Shown here: positions 10,164 to 19,535 of the stretch, in pieces | Numbering within the stretch: the stretch's first letter is position 1 | How the letters are laid out: each line of letters opens with the position of its first letter | Assembly: GCA_011605725.1 (NCBI GenBank) | Contig: JAAOZP010000017.1 | Span: 96,001-160,000, forward strand | Length of the DNA: 64,000 bases | DNA from: Nitrososphaerota archaeon | Lineage (GTDB): Archaea > Thermoproteota > EX4484-205 > JAAOZP01 | Reading direction: 5' to 3' | Position numbers and translations under genes: made by a program | Notes under the pieces: generated by a model | Seen by the model: only the letters and a program-made list of their open reading frames with translations | What the model was told of the DNA's origin: nothing | Database searches by the model: none

Positions 10164-10958
10164 TTGGGGACAGTATGCGTCATCGGAGCCGGGAAAATGG
10201 GCAGCATGATAGTTAGAAGCATTGTTAAAACTGGTGATTATAGGGTGGTTGCGACCGACGTCGACCCCAGTAGACGGATGCTTGTTAAATCATACGGGGC
10301 GGAGGTTTTCGAAAGCAATAGGGATGCTGTGAAGAGTTCCAACGTAATTATTCTTGCTGTCAAGCCAAAGGATGTGCCGGTTGTGGTGACTGATATTAAG
10401 GACCTGATAAGCGGGAAACTCGTAATATCGATTGCTGCAGCAGTACCTTTAAACCGTATGGAGAGTATTGCTCCAGACGCCAGGTTCATCAGAGTAATGC
10501 CGAACATACTTATTGAAGCCGGCGAAGCGTTCATCGCGATATGCCCCGGCTCAAGAGCAACAGAAGAGGATTTTGAAACAGCTGTAAGAATCTTCGGGAG
10601 GATGGGTGAGGTGGCTAAGATTGATGAGAATCTGATGGATGTGTTAACAGGTTTCTCGGGAAGCGGCCCGGCCTATGTATTCACCATTATGGATGCTTTT
10701 GCCGACGCCGGCGTGAAGATCGGCCTGCCGAAGGAGCTCGCTCTAAGAATCGCTGCAAGAATGATGCTTGGCTCCGCTAAAATGGTGTTAGAAGGGAAGG
10801 GTAGGCCGATGGAGCTTAGAGACATGGTTGCCACTCCCGGGGGTACAACAATAATGGGGATTTACGAGCTGGAGAAAGGAGGCTTAAGGGCATTAATAAT
10901 GAATGCTGTAGAAGCAGCTGTTAAGAGAGCCAGGGAATTGTCAGAATCATTCTCCTGA
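10164..10958 (+). CDS. proC: Pyrroline-5-carboxylate reductase
   Basis: GAGKMG, LAVKP, IRVMPN, SGSGPAY, VATPGGTT. Confidence 0.95.
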   Translation: MGTVCVIGAGKMGSMIVRSIVKTGDYRVVATDVDPSRRMLVKSYGAEVFESNRDAVKSSNVIILAVKPKDVPVVVTDIKDLISGKLVISIAAAVPLNRMESIAPDARFIRVMPNILIEAGEAFIAICPGSRATEEDFETAVRIFGRMGEVAKIDENLMDVLTGFSGSGPAYVFTIMDAFADAGVKIGLPKELALRIAARMMLGSAKMVLEGKGRPMELRDMVATPGGTTIMGIYELEKGGLRALIMNAVEAAVKRARELSESFS

Positions 10959-10963
10959 ACCGA

Positions 10964-10997
10964 TTGCAAAGCTTGGAGGAACCGTTTGCAAGTTTTT
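10964..10997 (+). terminator. Possible proC terminator (imperfect inverted repeat followed by a T-run)
   Basis: TTGCAAA-N14-TTTGCAA then GTTTTT, just after the proC stop. Confidence 0.35.
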
Positions 10998-11050
10998 CGG
11001 AAAAATCCTTATATAAGTCCTTTCATCCGCAAGGTCTCAACCAACAAGAC

Positions 11051-12886
11051 ATGAGTGTCGAGAAGCCGTTGCTAGACTATGTTAATTCGCTTAAGCCTAG
11101 GAAGAGTTTTACGGAATCGGTTACAGCCTTCAAAAGGCTGATTAAATACCATAAGAAGTATCTTTCACTAATAGCCATTATTGTTGCTCTATCCTTCATA
11201 AGAGCCTACCTGTTCACCCTTGAACCCCTCTACACATCTCTAATAATAGACGATGTTGTTGTAAGCGGGAAGCACGAGCTGCTTACTGACTACATCATGG
11301 CGATACTGCTTGTCGGAATAGGTTTTGCGATTGTCAATTTTCTCATTAGCTATTTGAACGGTTTAACAGCACTGTATATTGTTCGAGACTTAAGGTTCGA
11401 ATATTATGCTTCTCTCCAAGCTAAATCTTTCAGCTTCTATGACACTGTCTCGGTCGGCGACCTTGTTTCAAGAGCCACGATGGATTTGCAGCCTGTTGAA
11501 GCCTTCCTTAGAACATGGGTTAGCACGGTTTTCAACGCGCTTTTCTCAATAATAGTGTTCTTCTCAGTTATGTACTCGATCAGCCCCTCGATGACCCTTA
11601 TCTCCCTAATACCTCTGCCCCTAATATTCTATTTTACAACCCGCCTATGGGTGGATACGATGCCGCTCTTCAGAATGATGCAGCTGATACTTGGCAGGCT
11701 TAGCTCCTACATTCAGCAGAACATCCTGGGCATGAAGACCATAAGGATATTTCGGAGGGAGAAGGATATGGTTGAAGGCTTCAAGAAAGCTGAACAGGTG
11801 TTTGTTAAAACTGCGATAACTGCCGGAAGAATCCAGTCTATCTATATGCCTCTTCCCGCAGCGATATTAACTCTTTCAATCGCGATAGTTTACGTTTACG
11901 CGACATACTCGATTTTCAACGCTGGAGCGGCGCTGACCGTTGGAAGCATAATTCTCTTTGCAAGATACATAACGCGTCTAAGCTTCCCGTTAAGGGATTT
12001 AAGCATGCTGCTCGGAAACTGGATCAACGCTTCAGCCGGGCTTGAGAGAGTCTTCGAAATAATGGATGCTCCAAAAGGTGTGGAGGACCTGCCTGATGCT
12101 GAAGAAATAACCATAAGAGAAGGCATTGTTGAGTTCAGGAACGTTACTTTCCAGTATGCCAATGGCAAGCCTGTTTTAAAAAACGTTAGTTTCAAGGTTA
12201 ACCCTGGGGAGAAGATCGCGATCCTAGGAGCCACGGGCTCAGGTAAATCAACCTTAGTCTACCTTATCCCAAGGTTTTACGACCCTGTTTCAGGAAGCAT
12301 ACTTATAGACGGTGTGAACATTAGAAGGTTTAAGCTGTCATCTTTAAGAAGACAGATAGGCATTGTTCCTCAGGATGTCTTCCTTTTCTCTGGAACCATT
12401 AGGGAAAACATTGCGTTCGGCAAGCCTGACGCCTCGATGGAGGAGATCGTGAAGGCTGCGGAGCTGGCGAAGATACGTGACTTCATAGAATCACTGCCAG
12501 ATGGCTACGATACTTTCGTCGGCGAAAGAGGGGTTACGCTTTCAGGAGGCCAGAGGCAGAGGATAACTATCGCGAGAGCAATACTTACGAACCCTAGGAT
12601 ACTGATAATGGACGATTCACTCTCATTCGTAGATTCTAAGACCGAGCAGGAAATACAGTCTGCGATCAACGAAGTTATGAAGGGCAGGACAACATTCATA
12701 ATTGCGCAGAGGCTTTCAACAATAAGGAATGCTGATAGAATAATGATTCTGGATGATGGAGAAATCGTCGAGTTTGGGACGCATGAAGAGCTTATGGCCA
12801 AAGACGGTGCCTACAGAAGGATTTACGAAACCCAGTTTCTTAGTAAAGGTTTGGAAATCGTTTCTGCGGAGGTGGGCAAGGAGTAA
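11051..12886 (+). CDS. ABC exporter half-transporter (TMD + NBD), MsbA/TM287-like
   Basis: TMD followed by GATGSGKS, LSGGQRQR and degenerate IMDDS/AQR; start placed at ATG 11051, downstream of TATA TTATATAA. Confidence 0.93.
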   Translation: MSVEKPLLDYVNSLKPRKSFTESVTAFKRLIKYHKKYLSLIAIIVALSFIRAYLFTLEPLYTSLIIDDVVVSGKHELLTDYIMAILLVGIGFAIVNFLISYLNGLTALYIVRDLRFEYYASLQAKSFSFYDTVSVGDLVSRATMDLQPVEAFLRTWVSTVFNALFSIIVFFSVMYSISPSMTLISLIPLPLIFYFTTRLWVDTMPLFRMMQLILGRLSSYIQQNILGMKTIRIFRREKDMVEGFKKAEQVFVKTAITAGRIQSIYMPLPAAILTLSIAIVYVYATYSIFNAGAALTVGSIILFARYITRLSFPLRDLSMLLGNWINASAGLERVFEIMDAPKGVEDLPDAEEITIREGIVEFRNVTFQYANGKPVLKNVSFKVNPGEKIAILGATGSGKSTLVYLIPRFYDPVSGSILIDGVNIRRFKLSSLRRQIGIVPQDVFLFSGTIRENIAFGKPDASMEEIVKAAELAKIRDFIESLPDGYDTFVGERGVTLSGGQRQRITIARAILTNPRILIMDDSLSFVDSKTEQEIQSAINEVMKGRTTFIIAQRLSTIRNADRIMILDDGEIVEFGTHEELMAKDGAYRRIYETQFLSKGLEIVSAEVGKE

Positions 12887-13947
12887 TGGCTGGACCTTGG
12901 CGCACATTCTCCTCAACACAGGAGGAGGAGAAAAAGAGAACTGTCCCAGACAGGATTCTTATTAAAAGGCTTTACCATTATATTAAACCCTTCAGGAGAA
13001 ACCTCGCTATCGCAATACTGGCTATAGTTTGCACCTCAATAACCGGGTTAGCATCTCCATACATGCATAAGATTGCGATCGACCAGATCATACAGACAGG
13101 GAATCTTTCAAACTTTCTCTGGTGGATACCGCTTTTCATCCTGGTTGTTCTATGCAATTTCTTCTTCCAATACGTTCAGATATTCCAGATGAGAATAATA
13201 GGTGAAAACGTTGTAGCAGCAATAAGGGATGATATCATGGAGAAGCTTCAATTCATCTCTTTAAGATACTTCTCCGAGGGGGAGATCGGTAGGATAATCT
13301 CCAGACCCATAAACGATGCGAACAACCTTAGAATATTTTTACGAATGGGTTTCACAAGCATACTTCTAGACACATCCTCAATACTGGGCACATTCATAAT
13401 CATGTTCATGCTGGATTTCGAACTTACAGTCATAGCTCTCGCCTTCATCCCAATAGCCATAATCATTGTTTGGCAGCTTGGAAGATACTCTAGGAGAGTC
13501 TACAGGAAAACCCTCTCGACGCTAGCGGGATTAACAGGCAGAATGCAGGAGGACCTGTCCGGAATAAAAATAATCCAAGCCTTCGTGCAGGAGGAAAGGA
13601 CCATGAGAAGGTTCGAGGAAACACAGGAGGAGAACGTTAAGGCAACTAAGAACGCGTTGAAAGTCTCCTCCGCCTACCAGCCTGTCGTAATAATGTTGAG
13701 AATACTTGGAACACTGGCTATCCTATGGTTCGGAACCCTTTTTATTGAGAGCGGCGCGATAACCATAGGCACGCTAGTAGCCTTCATAGAGTATCAGTTT
13801 TCATATTTCATGCCGCTCGTAGACCTGATAAACGTTGCAGACCAGTATAACTCTGCAATGGCTGCTGTCGAAAGACTATTCGATCTTATTGATGCTAAGG
13901 TTGAAGTTACAGAACCCCCGCCTGAAATAGCTGTTGAGCTGAAATGA
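12886..13947 (+). CDS. ABC exporter second subunit, transmembrane part (split gene)
   Basis: TM288-like TMD ending in AAVERLFDLID plus linker; the NBD continues in another frame. Confidence 0.85.
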   Translation: MAGPWRTFSSTQEEEKKRTVPDRILIKRLYHYIKPFRRNLAIAILAIVCTSITGLASPYMHKIAIDQIIQTGNLSNFLWWIPLFILVVLCNFFFQYVQIFQMRIIGENVVAAIRDDIMEKLQFISLRYFSEGEIGRIISRPINDANNLRIFLRMGFTSILLDTSSILGTFIIMFMLDFELTVIALAFIPIAIIIVWQLGRYSRRVYRKTLSTLAGLTGRMQEDLSGIKIIQAFVQEERTMRRFEETQEENVKATKNALKVSSAYQPVVIMLRILGTLAILWFGTLFIESGAITIGTLVAFIEYQFSYFMPLVDLINVADQYNSAMAAVERLFDLIDAKVEVTEPPPEIAVELK

Positions 13948-14687
13948 TAAGAGAAGTAAGGTTTGAAAACGTAACGTTCGGTTACGACCCGAAGCTCCCT
14001 GTCTTGAAAAACATCAGTTTCACACTTACGCGGGAAAAGAAGCTGGCTATAGTAGGACCCACGGGAGCAGGCAAGTCGACAATAATCAACCTGCTTGCGA
14101 GGTTTTACGATCCTAATGATGGAAGGATTCTTGTGAACGGCCATGATTTAAGGAGGATTCCAATCTCATCCTGGAGGGCTAGGCTGAGCATAGTTCTTCA
14201 AGACTCGTTCCTTTTCCCTATGAGCGTTAAGGAGAACATAAGGTTTGGAAAACCGGATGCTTCCGATGAAGAGGTAGTAGCCGCAGCCAAGGCTGTTGGA
14301 GCGCACGAGTTCATAGTTAAGCTTCCCAACGGGTATGATTACATGATTCAAGAAGGATCGTCAAACATCTCTATCGGTCAAAGACAGATGATAAGCTTTG
14401 CTAGAACCCTGCTGGTTAACCCGGAACTACTTGTTCTGGATGAGGCCACATCATCTGTAGACCCTTACACTGAGCTTATAATACAGAGGGCGTTAAGCAA
14501 ACTTCTAAGGGGGAGAATGGCGATCATAATAGCACACAGGCTTTCGACAATACGGCTTTGTGACGAAATAATAGTGATTAATGACGGTGTTATTGTTGAA
14601 AAAGGCACGCATGAGGAACTCATGCAGAAAGGCGGGTTATACAGCTCTTTCTACAGGCTTCAATACATAGAGGAGAAAGGTGTTTAA
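13944..14687 (+). CDS. ABC exporter second subunit, nucleotide-binding part (split gene)
   Basis: VRFENVTFGY, GPTGAGKS, ISIGQRQ, LDEATSSVD, IAHRLST. Confidence 0.88.
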   Translation: MIREVRFENVTFGYDPKLPVLKNISFTLTREKKLAIVGPTGAGKSTIINLLARFYDPNDGRILVNGHDLRRIPISSWRARLSIVLQDSFLFPMSVKENIRFGKPDASDEEVVAAAKAVGAHEFIVKLPNGYDYMIQEGSSNISIGQRQMISFARTLLVNPELLVLDEATSSVDPYTELIIQRALSKLLRGRMAIIIAHRLSTIRLCDEIIVINDGVIVEKGTHEELMQKGGLYSSFYRLQYIEEKGV

Positions 14688-14748
14688 CCATTCAGCGTCT
14701 GAAAAGTTTTAAAAAGGCATTTTAAAACCGTTTTAGCGGGGAGGCAGC

Positions 14749-16116
14749 TTGGCTGGAGTTAGGGAGGTTTCCGAATCTCTGCGGGAATGGGAGAGGATTG
14801 CGGCACACTCACACATAACCGGATTAGGCTTAGACGGGTTAAAGGCTAAGCCTGTCGGAGGCGGTATGGTTGGCCAGATTGAAGCAAGGGAAGCGGCAGG
14901 GCTTGTAGTAAGGCTGATAAAAAGCGGCAAGTTTGCGGGCAGAGCAGTCCTGCTTGCAGGTCCGCCTGGAACAGGAAAGACGGCGATAGCGACAGCAATA
15001 GCTAGAGAACTAGGTAGAGACGTCCCATTTGTTCCTCTAGCTGCAAGCGAAATATTCTCCACAGATATTAAGAAGACTGAGTTTCTAATGCAAACTCTTA
15101 GAAAGGCGATCGGCGCGAGAATACATGAAGTCAGAAAGATTTACGAGGGAGAGGTTAAGGAGATCTCGATAGAAAAAGCACCGCACCCGTACAATCCCTA
15201 TCAGCAGGTGCCTGCAGGAGCCACTATAAAAATCGCCACCACGGATGAGAGTAAAAGGCTTACTATGGATCAGAGCTTTGCAATCCAGTTGATACAGCAG
15301 GGCATAGAGACGGGCGATATTGTCCAAATAGACCCTGAGGGAGGGAGAATTGTTAAGCTAGGCAGGAGCAGGAGGAGTGTAGAGGAGAAGAAGGTTGATC
15401 TTTCCACTGTTCAAGTCATGGATGTCCCTAATGGAAACGTGCTTAAGGAGAAGGAGTTCGTCTACCCTGTTACGCTGCATGCTCTCGACATGGCTGCAAC
15501 TCGACGAGGCGGAGACATTTTCAGCATATTCTTTGGAGGCAGGGAGTCCAAGGAGATAGAGCCTGAAACCCGGAGGGAGGTTGACGAATACATAAAGACT
15601 CTTGTTCAGGAGGGCAGGTGTGAATTGTTACCCGGAGTGGTTTTCATAGACGAGTGCAGTATGCTTGACATAGAGACCTTCGCATTTCTAAACAGGGCAC
15701 TGGAACAGGACCTAGCCCCTATAATAATATTTGCAACAAACAGAGGATTCTCCACGGTGAGAGGTACAGACATTAGGGCTCCCCATGGGATGCCCCTAGA
15801 CCTTCTCGACAGGCTTCTGATAATCAACACAAAACCATACAGTAGAGACGAGATAAGGAAGATTCTTGAGATAAGGTCGGAGGCTGAGAAAATCCCGATA
15901 AGTAACGAGGCGCTTGAATATCTTACCGACATAGGTGTTAAAACAAGCCTAAGGTATGCTGTTCAGCTGATGGCTCCAGCATTTGAACTGGCTAGGGAGA
16001 GAAAGGCCAACAGGATAGAAAAGGATCATGTAAGCTATGTGGAGAAGCTGTTCGTCGACGTGAAGAAATCGGTTGAATATTTGAGGGAGTATGAAAAACA
16101 GTTTCTAGACCTGTGA
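14749..16116 (+). CDS. TIP49/RuvB-like AAA+ ATPase
   Basis: RIAAHSHITGLGL, GPPGTGKT, PGVVFIDEC, ATNRG, PHGMPLDLLDRLLI, SLRYAVQL. Confidence 0.95.
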   Translation: MAGVREVSESLREWERIAAHSHITGLGLDGLKAKPVGGGMVGQIEAREAAGLVVRLIKSGKFAGRAVLLAGPPGTGKTAIATAIARELGRDVPFVPLAASEIFSTDIKKTEFLMQTLRKAIGARIHEVRKIYEGEVKEISIEKAPHPYNPYQQVPAGATIKIATTDESKRLTMDQSFAIQLIQQGIETGDIVQIDPEGGRIVKLGRSRRSVEEKKVDLSTVQVMDVPNGNVLKEKEFVYPVTLHALDMAATRRGGDIFSIFFGGRESKEIEPETRREVDEYIKTLVQEGRCELLPGVVFIDECSMLDIETFAFLNRALEQDLAPIIIFATNRGFSTVRGTDIRAPHGMPLDLLDRLLIINTKPYSRDEIRKILEIRSEAEKIPISNEALEYLTDIGVKTSLRYAVQLMAPAFELARERKANRIEKDHVSYVEKLFVDVKKSVEYLREYEKQFLDL

Positions 16117-16140
16117 CATTAACGTTTTAGACCTGTCTCC

Positions 16141-16617
16141 ATGTCTCTCACCTGGATAGTGAATGAGACGGTTGCGGCTTCATCCATTGCGACGAGCCCG
16201 GAGGACGTCGACCACTGGTTAGAATCTGGTGTGAAGGCGGTTGTCATACTGGCTGAGTCTCACGAGATAGCCAGATATTGGGGTGATTCGAATAATTATT
16301 TCAAGTTTCTAAACGATAAGGGGTTTGAAATCCTACATAGCCCGATCAAGGATTTTCACGCTCCAACTTTAAGCCAGCTCGAGGAGCTGGTTGAATGGAT
16401 AGAGGCTAAAGTTAAGTCGGGAAAGCGTGTCCTAGTACATTGTCACGCAGGCATAGGCAGGACAGGGATGATTATAGCTGCATATCTTATCAAGAATGGC
16501 AGTACTATTGAGCAGGCGGTGAGGAAAGTTAAGAGTAGGATTCCTCTTGCCCTAGAGGTCGATGCCCAACTGTCGTTAGTATACGAGTATTACGAGAGGA
16601 GAAGAACAGCATGTTAA
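16141..16617 (+). CDS. Dual-specificity protein/tyrosine phosphatase
   Basis: CX5R motif VHCHAGIGRTG; PIKDFHAP acid loop. Confidence 0.92.
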   Translation: MSLTWIVNETVAASSIATSPEDVDHWLESGVKAVVILAESHEIARYWGDSNNYFKFLNDKGFEILHSPIKDFHAPTLSQLEELVEWIEAKVKSGKRVLVHCHAGIGRTGMIIAAYLIKNGSTIEQAVRKVKSRIPLALEVDAQLSLVYEYYERRRTAC

Positions 16618-16626
16618 TAGCTCAGG

Positions 16627-17898
16627 CTACTTTTCTTCAGTAAACTCTTTGATGAGTTCTTGAGCCCTGTCGAACCGTATCCTTTTCTCCCTAACCATTT
16701 GCTCCGCGACCTTATCTATCAGATCCCCTGTTGCCCCGGCTTGAATAGCGATGTTGCGCGCGTGAAGCCGCATATGACCCGCCTGAATCCCTTCGAGGGC
16801 TAAGGCTCTTAATGCTGCAAGGTTCTGAGCAAGCCCTACGGCACCCATTACCCTAGCCAGCTCCGTAGCGGTCTTAACACCCAGAATTTTAACGGCGATC
16901 CGGGCTACAGGATGAGTTTTAGTCGCACCGCCCACTAAGCCTACTGCCATAGGCATTTCCAGCGTACCAGCAAGGTCACCGTTCTCATCCTTCTCCCAGA
17001 TGCTTAAAGGCATATACCTGCCTGTTCTAGCCGCGTAAGCGTGTGCACCAGCTTCTATAGCCCTGTGATCCTGCCCAGTGGCCAAGGCAACTGCACACAC
17101 ACCGTTCATTATACCCTTATTGTGGGTTGCAGCTCTGTAAGGGTCGCTTGCTGCAAAGGCCCATGCTTTCACTATTGCGTCAACAGCATCCTCCCCGCCG
17201 ACTTCCTCCTTAGCAACTGTCGTCCTAGCCCTTACAAGCCTTTTATCAGCAAGGTTCGATATTATCCTTAAGTATACTTTCCCCCCGGTGATCCTCTCTA
17301 TCAAGGGTGCTACAGCCTCGCACATCGTGTTAACAGCGTTAGCGCCCATCGCGTCCCTCACATCTACAAGAAGATGGGTTATCACCATTGGGCCCACAGG
17401 ACTATCCACTACTCTAACTTCAACATCCTTGGCGCCTCCCCCAAACTTCACGAGGACAGGATCCTGCTCGTTCGCTAGCTTCAATATCTCATCTCTATGT
17501 TCAAGAATCTTCATTCTAGCAGTGTAAGGATTCGACACCTCAGTCAGTTGCACCTGTCCTATCATGATAGGATCCGTCGCATCCGTGAATATTCCTCCTC
17601 TAGCCCTAGTCATTTTAGCAGCATTGCTGGCCGCTGCGACAACCGAGGTTTCCTCAATAACCATGGGGACAATATACTCTTTTCCATCTATAAGGAAGTT
17701 GAGCGCAACCGAGAAAGGGTAGGCCATTGTCCCAATCACGTTTTCAACCATTTTATCAGCAATATCTAGGCTCAAATTACCATCCTTAGAGAGAAGCCTA
17801 GCCTCGTCCTCCGTCAATCCGGAGAACTCAACTATCCTGCTCAGCCTTTCTGCTAAGCTTAAATTGTAGAAACCAGGGATCCTGGATGTTCTAGCCAT
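16627..17898 (-). CDS. mvaA: HMG-CoA reductase, class II (MvaA type)
   Basis: ENVIG, EETSVVAAAS, DAMGANAVNT, RAATHNKGIMNG, GIQAGHMRLH. Confidence 0.95.
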   Translation of the reverse strand: MARTSRIPGFYNLSLAERLSRIVEFSGLTEDEARLLSKDGNLSLDIADKMVENVIGTMAYPFSVALNFLIDGKEYIVPMVIEETSVVAAASNAAKMTRARGGIFTDATDPIMIGQVQLTEVSNPYTARMKILEHRDEILKLANEQDPVLVKFGGGAKDVEVRVVDSPVGPMVITHLLVDVRDAMGANAVNTMCEAVAPLIERITGGKVYLRIISNLADKRLVRARTTVAKEEVGGEDAVDAIVKAWAFAASDPYRAATHNKGIMNGVCAVALATGQDHRAIEAGAHAYAARTGRYMPLSIWEKDENGDLAGTLEMPMAVGLVGGATKTHPVARIAVKILGVKTATELARVMGAVGLAQNLAALRALALEGIQAGHMRLHARNIAIQAGATGDLIDKVAEQMVREKRIRFDRAQELIKEFTEEK

Positions 17899-18014
17899 TG
17901 ATTTCTGCCGCTTTAGGAATTTTAAAAACGTTTTCCAGACATTAGCAAGGCTTCGACTTACGCCTTAAAATACTATAAACACTTAAAAGACAACGCCATG
18001 GCTACTTACTCAAC

Positions 18015-18329
18015 TTGGAAAGCAGAAGCTTCAGAAAGTTTTTAGAGGAAAAGTCAGCAAAAATCAAGGTTGAAAGGCAGGGGCAGAGAATCTCATGGGA
18101 TGAGGAAGTTAAGAAAGACAAACATTCCTTCACAGGATTCCTTGAATTTGCCTATTCAAACAGGGCTTCTGGAGACTATATATATCTAGATAGGAGTACT
18201 GCTTTCGACATCGTTGACAGGATTAACTGGATGGAAACAAGGATTAAGCGCCTTACTATCAGGCTTAAAATACTACTCCTGCTTCTAATCGCTTCTCTGC
18301 TAGCTGCCGTATGGGGATGGTTAACATGA
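18015..18329 (+). CDS. Small protein with a C-terminal membrane anchor, first gene of the MoxR operon
   Basis: Hydrophobic C-terminus ILLLLLIASLLAAVWGWLT; ATGA overlap with the MoxR gene. Confidence 0.65.
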   Translation: MESRSFRKFLEEKSAKIKVERQGQRISWDEEVKKDKHSFTGFLEFAYSNRASGDYIYLDRSTAFDIVDRINWMETRIKRLTIRLKILLLLLIASLLAAVWGWLT

Positions 18330-19531
18330 GCAGTAAAAGGCCACTCGTAGAAAAGCTTAGAGAAGAATTGTCCAGAAGGTTTATTGGCAATGATGAAGCA
18401 TTGTCAGCATTACTGTTAAACCTGCTTCACCGGAAGTCGACAACGCTGATAAGGGCTCCAAGGGGAACAGGTAAGTCAACACTAATGCTGCTCATCCTAA
18501 AAGGACTCTTCGGGGATGATTTTGTCGTTATCTCCGGAGCCTCTGAGGTGAAGAGGGGGGAGGTTGTCGGAAGGCTCCATATTCCTTCGCTTGAGAAGCG
18601 AGGCGTTGAGAAAGTCTTGTGGGCTAAGTTCGTACAGGCTCAGGGAAAGGGGATAGATGAGGTGAACAGGCTTAACCCTTACACTACTGCGAACGTATAT
18701 CATTTAATGCAGTTTGGAGAAGTATGGGCATATGGGCAAAAGTACACGGTTGAAGACTATACTCTTTTAGCTACTGAGAACCCTAGTGACGCAACTACTT
18801 TCGTACAGCCCCCGCCGTTCTACGACAGATTCGACATCACGATCTACCTTAATTCTCTCACCGTAAGCCAGAAATTTGCACTTCAAGAGTTGAACAACAA
18901 TTACGGCCACGACCTTGTAAGATCCATGCCACAAGTCATCGGGACAGAGGATCTGATGGAGATAAGGAGAGAAGTTGAGGAAACAGATGTTGAACCCGAA
19001 TTGATAGGTTTCATAAACACGCTCATTAGAGATTTTCAAGTGTGTGTCAGGGGGAAGGAACACAGCAACGTTCCGTTACCAGTCCTATGTGAGGGCTGCC
19101 ATTTCACCAGGTTTGTATGCAGCAGGGTGAAAGAACCGCCGAGCGAGAGGGCAACGCTCATCCTTCTTCAACTAGCTAAAGCCAAGAAATGGCTTGAGGG
19201 AAAGGTTGAAGAGAACGATATTGTTGAGATGGCTAAATGGGTCCTGATTCACAGGATGAGTTTCCTTAATCCTGAAAAGCCGTTGAAGGAAATCGGTGAG
19301 CTACTTGAAAGAGAAAAAGAAAGGATGTTTGAACGCGAGTCGAGGAAACAATGGTTTATACTGAACGAGCTTTACAGTAATTTCAGTCCAGGCCTATACA
19401 GGACTGCTAAAGAAATAGCTGCGGAAGACAATGTGTTTGCAGAAGAATTATTCTTCTTAGAGGAGAAATGGGTTAAAGAAGGAAAGATCAGCCGAGAGGA
19501 AACGTTGAAGGTAGGTCTCGGGATAGAGTAG
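18326..19531 (+). CDS. MoxR-like AAA+ ATPase
   Basis: Walker A APRGTGKS, Walker B IDEVNR, ATENP, YDRF, PSER. Confidence 0.85.
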   Translation: MSSKRPLVEKLREELSRRFIGNDEALSALLLNLLHRKSTTLIRAPRGTGKSTLMLLILKGLFGDDFVVISGASEVKRGEVVGRLHIPSLEKRGVEKVLWAKFVQAQGKGIDEVNRLNPYTTANVYHLMQFGEVWAYGQKYTVEDYTLLATENPSDATTFVQPPPFYDRFDITIYLNSLTVSQKFALQELNNNYGHDLVRSMPQVIGTEDLMEIRREVEETDVEPELIGFINTLIRDFQVCVRGKEHSNVPLPVLCEGCHFTRFVCSRVKEPPSERATLILLQLAKAKKWLEGKVEENDIVEMAKWVLIHRMSFLNPEKPLKEIGELLEREKERMFERESRKQWFILNELYSNFSPGLYRTAKEIAAEDNVFAEELFFLEEKWVKEGKISREETLKVGLGIE

Positions 19532-19535
19532 CAAA

